Origin: a virus | Length of the DNA: 64,000 bases | Reading direction: 5' to 3' (one strand) | Virus record (IMG/VR): IMGVR_UViG_3300040801_000976 | Location: 1-64,000 of that record | In this document: piece by piece, positions 58,148-64,000 of the stretch | How the letters are laid out: every line of letters begins with the position of its first letter | Position numbering within the stretch: the stretch's first letter is position 1 | Made by a program: the position numbers and the translations under genes | Notes under the pieces: model-generated | The model's input: the letters and a program-made list of their open reading frames with translations, nothing else | Databases searched by the model: none | Told to the model about the DNA's origin: nothing

Positions 58148-61100
58148 TTTTAACCAAGGTGTTAATTCTGATATATCGGAAGAGAACTTTAGTACTCAGT
58201 CACTAATATCCGGTCATAATATAAAAATAACCAGTAACGATGATAAACAATTCATACTACAGAAAGAGGAAGGTAGGATTGAGGAAATAGATGCTTTTCC
58301 GTCTGGTGTTGTACCTTTAGCAGTGAAGGAATTTAACGACGTTGCTTATCTGGTAAATTATAATAAAAATACTAACAAGGTTGAATACGGAATGTACCCT
58401 TCTGTTTATCCCGGAGGTTCTTTAATAACCGAGATTGATGGAGCTACAATGCCTGTTATAAATACAGAACTACTAGATGTTCGGATATCTGAGGTCACGG
58501 AAATACCAGAGAGTCCAGACAGTCATTTCTCATTTAAAATAACTAATCACTCAGACCTTACAGTTACTATTAAAATCAATAGTAATCTTGCTTTTAGAGA
58601 TGGTACTGTAAATTCCAATGATTATACGGCTTATGTAAATCTGGCTTCGGGTTCATATAAAACGTACTATCTTAGACCCGGCTTAGGAACACAAATACAA
58701 GAGGATCCGCGTGGTTTTGGAGGTATAGAGACAGATACTCCTAAGTTACAGGTATCCGTTACCAATGTGTTAGGTAATTATAGATTTATCAGATATGTGG
58801 CTGATGAAGTAGATTTGGTTAATAATTTTGCGCCGGATGATTTTTACTATGTAAACATAGCCGACTATGCTGTATCAGGCATGTTCGAAGAAGAGAATGA
58901 TATAGAGTTTAGGGGCTCTGAAGTTACTAGAAACATATGGTCTGGTGTAGATTTGACTGCTATAGACGGTATGGTGTTTAGAGCTTTTAATGATAACGGA
59001 CACCAGATTGGTGTTAAAACTATAGAGGGCGGTTGGTCTTCTGGTGATAATGATAATTATACTATTTCCCTAGGCTCGTCTGTCGATTCATTTAAAATAG
59101 ATTTGAATACAGATACTAACTCCTTACTGATATACGATTTTCCTGAAGGTGTTAGGTATATACAGGTAGAAAATATAAATAACCAGTTCCCTGAGGATGT
59201 TTACTCATACATCAGCTTATCTACTACTGCCACCACTCCGTTAGGTATTTACGACGGTCTAAACAGGCAATTAGTAACATTAGATTTTGATACAGTATCT
59301 ACTCTATACCGATTAACAGAAAATAGGTATATTGATTTATCTGCTGTTCTTGGAAATAATTCTAAAATACGTTTCTCGGTAGAGGATAGTATAAGTGTTT
59401 ACAGAGAAGATCCTGCTGACGAAAGTAATTTTTCTTTGTTTCGAGATTCAGAAGTATCTGACACACGATACATAAAGGTTATATGCTTGCTAGATGGTAG
59501 TGATGCTGTAAGTTTTACTGCTTTGAGGTTAAGAGAATTACAAGACGAGTACCCAATTATATATGAATACAATCCATTCATCAATTTTTATGATGGTGAT
59601 ACATCAAGCGGAGATTTAACCACACAAAACTACTCTGATTTTTTTGCTACAGATAAAATAGAATATAATTCGGAATCAGTAGTTGACTTAGAGGTTCAGT
59701 CTTCATATGACGGATCTGTAAATTTAATCTCGGCCTCCAAAGGAACGGCTCCGCGTATCGTGAATAGTAGAACACAGATAGATGTAGTTGAGGGATCAGG
59801 TACACTTATTATGCGTAACGGCAATAATTTAGATAATGTTTATTCCGACGACACTATAGAAAAAACTAGGTTAATACCTTATTTAGGAGAAACAGTAGTA
59901 GATCTATCCTTTGAAGGTGTTATACCAAATTCAGGTAATTTGGCAGCTGGTGGTTATAAATACTATTTTAAATTAATGACTGGAGATGGGACTGAGTCAG
60001 AAATAGTTGAACAGTCGAGGTTGGTTTCCGTACATATAGGAGAGAAGTTTGGCAACTCTCACTCCGCTCTCGATGGTAGAAATACAGGTAAATCCGTTAG
60101 ATTTAAAATATCTAATATTGATAATAAAAGTTTTAGGTTCTTATCCGTTTATTATACTATTACCACCGGAGAGACAGATACACCTTCAGTCACAGGTTAT
60201 AAGATAAATAGAAAATACGAGATAAACACGGATACTGCTGAATGTTTTGTAGAACATACGGGTGATGAAGATGTGGATCAGATAGATGTAACTGAGTTAC
60301 AGGTTGAATATACTCCTATTGTTAGTGCTGAAGCAGTAAACCAACAAAATAGTAGGTTATTATTAGGAAATACAGTAGTAAAAAATATTTATTCCGATAC
60401 ATTAAAGAAAGCGGCTTTATCCTGTTATCCCAGTTCGGGAAGCAATATTATAAATGTTGTTTCACAAAGACTGGAGTTACCGGGTTTTTTTACAGTAGAG
60501 AATACATATGCTAGTCCCGATAATATTTACTATAAGTTAGGTTACTTACCTGGTGAAACATATGAACTTGCTATAAATTATGTATTTGATACAGGTAATG
60601 TATCCCCATCATACCCTATACAAGGATTTGATTTTACTCGTGACGGCGAAGTATTAGATTCTAGTTATTTAAGTAAAGATTTTGGGTGGTTACCCAGCGG
60701 TCAAAATTCGAAAGGAGTAATAAGAACTGAGGATAAAACAATCGGAGACGCCGTACCATCAACTTATAAATTAAATTGTTATACCATCGGAATAAATACC
60801 CAATCCATGGTGGATAATTTTACCGATGACTTGAAGGATTTAGGTGTAGTTGGTTATTTTATCTCTCGTAGAAAAAGGAAGCCCGATATGTTGATGGAGG
60901 GTTTAATATCTTTAACAGCCACAGCTCCTAAATCTCCAAGTTCTAATATAGAAAGTAATGTATTTACATCAGGAGAATATCTAGGAGTTGGTTGTGATCC
61001 AGAACGTGTAGGTAGTAGGTATGTTATTTTTCCTACGCCTGGTAATGTAATGAATTTTAGTACAGAAGATATAATTTGGTCCAACCAACCGTTTGATGCA

Positions 61101-63782
61101 TTGTTGTATGCTCCTGTACCATTTCAGGAAAGAAATAAGTATTTATCTTTTCTATCTCCTGATATAATGATGGATGGAGCTAGATTTGCTTCTAGGTTTG
61201 TTTCATCCAATTCTTATGGATTACATGTGACTAAAGATTATCTGGGCCAACATATAGCTTATGACACCGGATACATATTAAAACAACCGGCCGCAAACCC
61301 AGGAGAAAGGTATGGCAGGATAGCATATCCGTCCGGTATTATTCAGGCACCAGAAGGGGATGTATATTTATCCTCACCTACAATAACGTTCGTGGGTGAC
61401 TCTTATCGAAGTTTGTCTGACAGGTCTTTTACTTCAAGGATCGACAGACAACTAGCACTAATGGCTCCTTTTAAGCTTGGTGGTAATAGTCCAAAAGTAG
61501 GAGGTACTAATCCTATAGTATATACTCTAAACGGTGCTAAAAGTAGTTTTTTCGGCTTTCTTGGCACGGTAAAAAGTGATGTGGATTACAGCAAAAGAAC
61601 GCACTTCTACTATGATGACGCTATAGAACTGAGTACTGGTTACGAGTTAGATACAGAGGATTTGGCTAATCAGAACGAGAGGATACTTTTATCAAATGTG
61701 GCATATTCGCCGTATTTGGGTATAGAAGTTGGTAGTGCTTCCTCCATAAATCAAATTGTAGATAATTTAAATCCGCCCACAGTAGAAGAAGGCGGTTTGC
61801 CTCGGGTAAATTATGTATTTAATAATCCTGACATTACCACGGGAGCTTTAGCAGATTATTCACAATTACCGGTATCGAACACTACTGTTCTCGGGGTTAT
61901 AGGTAGAATTTACTCTAGTAGTAATGGGAAGAAATTATCCAACGAAGCTTGGGAAAGTAGGTATTCCTCCGAAAGAAGTGATGGCTATTTTGCTATATCA
62001 CAAAGGTATAAAATTGACGAACCTCTAGATGATAAAAGTATGACTGGTGGGGATGCTTATGTTGGTTATTTTTACCACAGATTATTTAGACCCGGAGGTG
62101 TTGAAGGAGCTCCAACAGCATCCAATCCACAGGATTATAAGAATGATGATGGTTCCGGTCGTGAGGGTACGGGATTAACTAACGCAGGTTATGGTGTGTG
62201 TTTTCCCGTGAGGTCTAGTTATAACTTTGCTCTACGTGCTTTAGATAAAGTATCTGACGAGGAATATGCTATACACAGGTCGGAGAGAACTTATCTATCT
62301 GATAAGAATCGAGATAAGATACGCGGAAATATGCAAGCAGAAACACTAACCTCTAATTACGGTAATTATATTGAGAATTCAATTGTTAAAAAATCTCAAT
62401 ACAACAACTCTATACCTTTCAATCAAGTAAACCAACCAAACAGGGTTTATATATCTTCCGCAGATATAACGAGTGAGTTTGAAAATGGTTATAGAGATTT
62501 TAGGGGTTTTAATTTTAGGGACTATGAAAATAAGTTGGGTCCTTTAACCAAGATTGAGTCAAATGGTATACTCACATACTTAATATTCATAAGCGGAGTT
62601 GCTGTAATAGAAGTTTCTGAAAGAGCCGCAATACAGTCTGAGCAAGGTAATAACGTTTACATGGCTAATGCAGCCGTTTTACCAGATAAAGCCAATACTG
62701 TTTTATCGTTTATAGGATCAAAATATCTTAAATCAGTGGTATCAACCAACTATGGTATATATGGTGTGGATACGGATAAAAAGAAAATATGGCAGATACT
62801 AGGTTCACAGCCGAAAATAATATCTGACAGTCGTGTACAATCTATAATAAATCCTTGGTTTACAGATGAGTTAACAAACATTTACTCAAGTCATAACTCT
62901 ATAACCGACGAGGTTAAGTTTGTTTTTGAGTATTCAGATAATTCATATAATACTATATGGTACAACAGTAAATTAGATACGTGGTATGGTACTTCAGATT
63001 TTAGTCCTATTTATCAATTTGCAGTGGCAAATAAGCATTATAATGTTGAAAAGGTAGGTACAGACACTTTTAAGTTTTTGAACACGGATAATAGTCTTAA
63101 AACGCTTTCTTTTTACGAAGATGCCTATCATAAGTTTAACGCCAGTTTTGAGTTTGTTATTCGAGATGAGTCAGGTTTAAGGTTTATGTTAGATAATCTC
63201 GTCGTTAATGGTGAGTGTGTGCCTGATTCTATAGATATCGTACCACAATCATATGCACCTTATTCGGTAGATAAAATGAATGTAACGGGATTTTCCGGTA
63301 TACCTTGTCATACTAACTCTTATGTAGCTGATACAACATCTATAACAGTGGTAGACGATTATACTATATCTGCAAACTTTGTTAGAGAATTTAAAGTCGG
63401 TGACTTAATCACATTGAAGGTGGATGATGTATTAAAACAGTTTATAGTTTCCAAGGTAACTATGGCTGGTAGTACTTCTACTATAGTGTTAAATAAAGAA
63501 GTTGGTGCAACGTCTAGTGTTACTGAATCCTACTTTGGTTGGAGAATACCTTTGAGATTAAGTCTTATGGAATACTATGAAGATACATTGAAGGTAAGTA
63601 TACCAACTAAACAGTTTGCGGAACTTCTTAGCGGTGTCACCATCGACAAGAATACTTCTAGAACAAATCAAGATAATGCTAGACCTTCTGGCAGGTGGAT
63701 AAAAGTGAAATTTAACTTTGAAGGAATAGATCCCGTGTACATAAACTCGATTATTTCCTCAATTAATTTTACTTATTCATAA
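58122..63782 (+). CDS. Tail stabilisation / muzzle protein (1886 aa)
   Basis: NSFNQGVNSD start, PLAVKEFNDVAYLV, LGYLPGETY, GSKYLKSVVST.YGIYGVD.DKKKIW. Confidence 0.8.
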   Translation: MTKKAVINSFNQGVNSDISEENFSTQSLISGHNIKITSNDDKQFILQKEEGRIEEIDAFPSGVVPLAVKEFNDVAYLVNYNKNTNKVEYGMYPSVYPGGSLITEIDGATMPVINTELLDVRISEVTEIPESPDSHFSFKITNHSDLTVTIKINSNLAFRDGTVNSNDYTAYVNLASGSYKTYYLRPGLGTQIQEDPRGFGGIETDTPKLQVSVTNVLGNYRFIRYVADEVDLVNNFAPDDFYYVNIADYAVSGMFEEENDIEFRGSEVTRNIWSGVDLTAIDGMVFRAFNDNGHQIGVKTIEGGWSSGDNDNYTISLGSSVDSFKIDLNTDTNSLLIYDFPEGVRYIQVENINNQFPEDVYSYISLSTTATTPLGIYDGLNRQLVTLDFDTVSTLYRLTENRYIDLSAVLGNNSKIRFSVEDSISVYREDPADESNFSLFRDSEVSDTRYIKVICLLDGSDAVSFTALRLRELQDEYPIIYEYNPFINFYDGDTSSGDLTTQNYSDFFATDKIEYNSESVVDLEVQSSYDGSVNLISASKGTAPRIVNSRTQIDVVEGSGTLIMRNGNNLDNVYSDDTIEKTRLIPYLGETVVDLSFEGVIPNSGNLAAGGYKYYFKLMTGDGTESEIVEQSRLVSVHIGEKFGNSHSALDGRNTGKSVRFKISNIDNKSFRFLSVYYTITTGETDTPSVTGYKINRKYEINTDTAECFVEHTGDEDVDQIDVTELQVEYTPIVSAEAVNQQNSRLLLGNTVVKNIYSDTLKKAALSCYPSSGSNIINVVSQRLELPGFFTVENTYASPDNIYYKLGYLPGETYELAINYVFDTGNVSPSYPIQGFDFTRDGEVLDSSYLSKDFGWLPSGQNSKGVIRTEDKTIGDAVPSTYKLNCYTIGINTQSMVDNFTDDLKDLGVVGYFISRRKRKPDMLMEGLISLTATAPKSPSSNIESNVFTSGEYLGVGCDPERVGSRYVIFPTPGNVMNFSTEDIIWSNQPFDALLYAPVPFQERNKYLSFLSPDIMMDGARFASRFVSSNSYGLHVTKDYLGQHIAYDTGYILKQPAANPGERYGRIAYPSGIIQAPEGDVYLSSPTITFVGDSYRSLSDRSFTSRIDRQLALMAPFKLGGNSPKVGGTNPIVYTLNGAKSSFFGFLGTVKSDVDYSKRTHFYYDDAIELSTGYELDTEDLANQNERILLSNVAYSPYLGIEVGSASSINQIVDNLNPPTVEEGGLPRVNYVFNNPDITTGALADYSQLPVSNTTVLGVIGRIYSSSNGKKLSNEAWESRYSSERSDGYFAISQRYKIDEPLDDKSMTGGDAYVGYFYHRLFRPGGVEGAPTASNPQDYKNDDGSGREGTGLTNAGYGVCFPVRSSYNFALRALDKVSDEEYAIHRSERTYLSDKNRDKIRGNMQAETLTSNYGNYIENSIVKKSQYNNSIPFNQVNQPNRVYISSADITSEFENGYRDFRGFNFRDYENKLGPLTKIESNGILTYLIFISGVAVIEVSERAAIQSEQGNNVYMANAAVLPDKANTVLSFIGSKYLKSVVSTNYGIYGVDTDKKKIWQILGSQPKIISDSRVQSIINPWFTDELTNIYSSHNSITDEVKFVFEYSDNSYNTIWYNSKLDTWYGTSDFSPIYQFAVANKHYNVEKVGTDTFKFLNTDNSLKTLSFYEDAYHKFNASFEFVIRDESGLRFMLDNLVVNGECVPDSIDIVPQSYAPYSVDKMNVTGFSGIPCHTNSYVADTTSITVVDDYTISANFVREFKVGDLITLKVDDVLKQFIVSKVTMAGSTSTIVLNKEVGATSSVTESYFGWRIPLRLSLMEYYEDTLKVSIPTKQFAELLSGVTIDKNTSRTNQDNARPSGRWIKVKFNFEGIDPVYINSIISSINFTYS

Positions 63783-63785
63783 TTT

Positions 63786-63798
63786 TTTACTATAATAC
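63786..63798 (+). promoter_or_regulatory. TTTACTATAATAC candidate late promoter
   Basis: Exact motif copy immediately before the ORF at 63803. Confidence 0.7.
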
Positions 63799-63802
63799 TA
63801 AT

Positions 63803-64000
63803 ATGAAAAAACCTTATTTATTAATGAAGAAAGGTCCGAGAGGCGTACTTAAGGGTCAAGAGGGCCTTCTTCTTTCAAACTATGATACCAATAAGGCGAT
63901 GAAGCAGGCTTGGGACAGCTCATTTAGTGGCAGTGCTTTTGGGGGGCGGAAACCCGGGTTTACTACAGATTTATATAGTGGTGATATAACCGATGGTGTA
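63803..64000 (+). CDS. Partial ORF (MKKPYLLMKKGPRGVLKGQEG...), truncated by the window edge
   Basis: Open frame to the end of the window. Confidence 0.6.
   Translation, partial: MKKPYLLMKKGPRGVLKGQEGLLLSNYDTNKAMKQAWDSSFSGSAFGGRKPGFTTDLYSGDITDGV

Noticed and set aside
14433-61084. Many short minus-strand ORFs in the track (e.g. 26347..26874, 24000..24314, 42174..42512)
   Set aside because: They are shadow frames antisense to long, well-supported + strand genes.
1-64000. Genome-wide stop-codon reassignment (TAG=Gln or TGA=Trp), as in some crAss-like phages
   Set aside because: Long late genes have no in-frame TAG or TGA, TAG ends several clear genes (15171, 29035, 52562, 55827), and no suppressor tRNA was seen. 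The three internal stops are of two different types.

Overview
This window is part of a large, AT-rich crAss-like (Crassvirales-type) phage genome, most likely infecting an environmental Bacteroidota host, and it uses genetic code 11. From about 11.9 kb to the end, the + strand carries the packaging, lysis, head and tail block. It includes a PD-(D/E)XK nuclease, TerL, holin, spanin, amidase, tRNA-Met, a double-GroES protein, portal, large fibre and appendage genes, and a scaffold. It continues with the major capsid protein split by a GIY-YIG-containing group I intron, ring and IHF-like genes, and the muzzle/tail-stabilisation protein. The left 11.5 kb is a divergently (minus-strand) transcribed early/accessory region and is the unusual part. 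(1) Positions 1-2700 form an array of eight integron attC-like sites whose ORFs run antisense to the classical orientation, often start inside the attC loop (up to ~720 bp) and often stop at the crossover point. No integrase is visible in the window. (2) A tmRNA-like 3' domain is interrupted in its T-loop by a group I intron carrying an antisense LAGLIDADG gene with its own Bacteroidota sigma-A promoter. (3) There are two type I hammerhead ribozymes and several stem-closed non-coding modules. (4) Several genes are broken by single stops or homopolymer frameshifts. Two candidate phage promoter motifs (early 18-mer, late 13-mer) recur. All calls come from reading the sequence by eye; no database searches were run.
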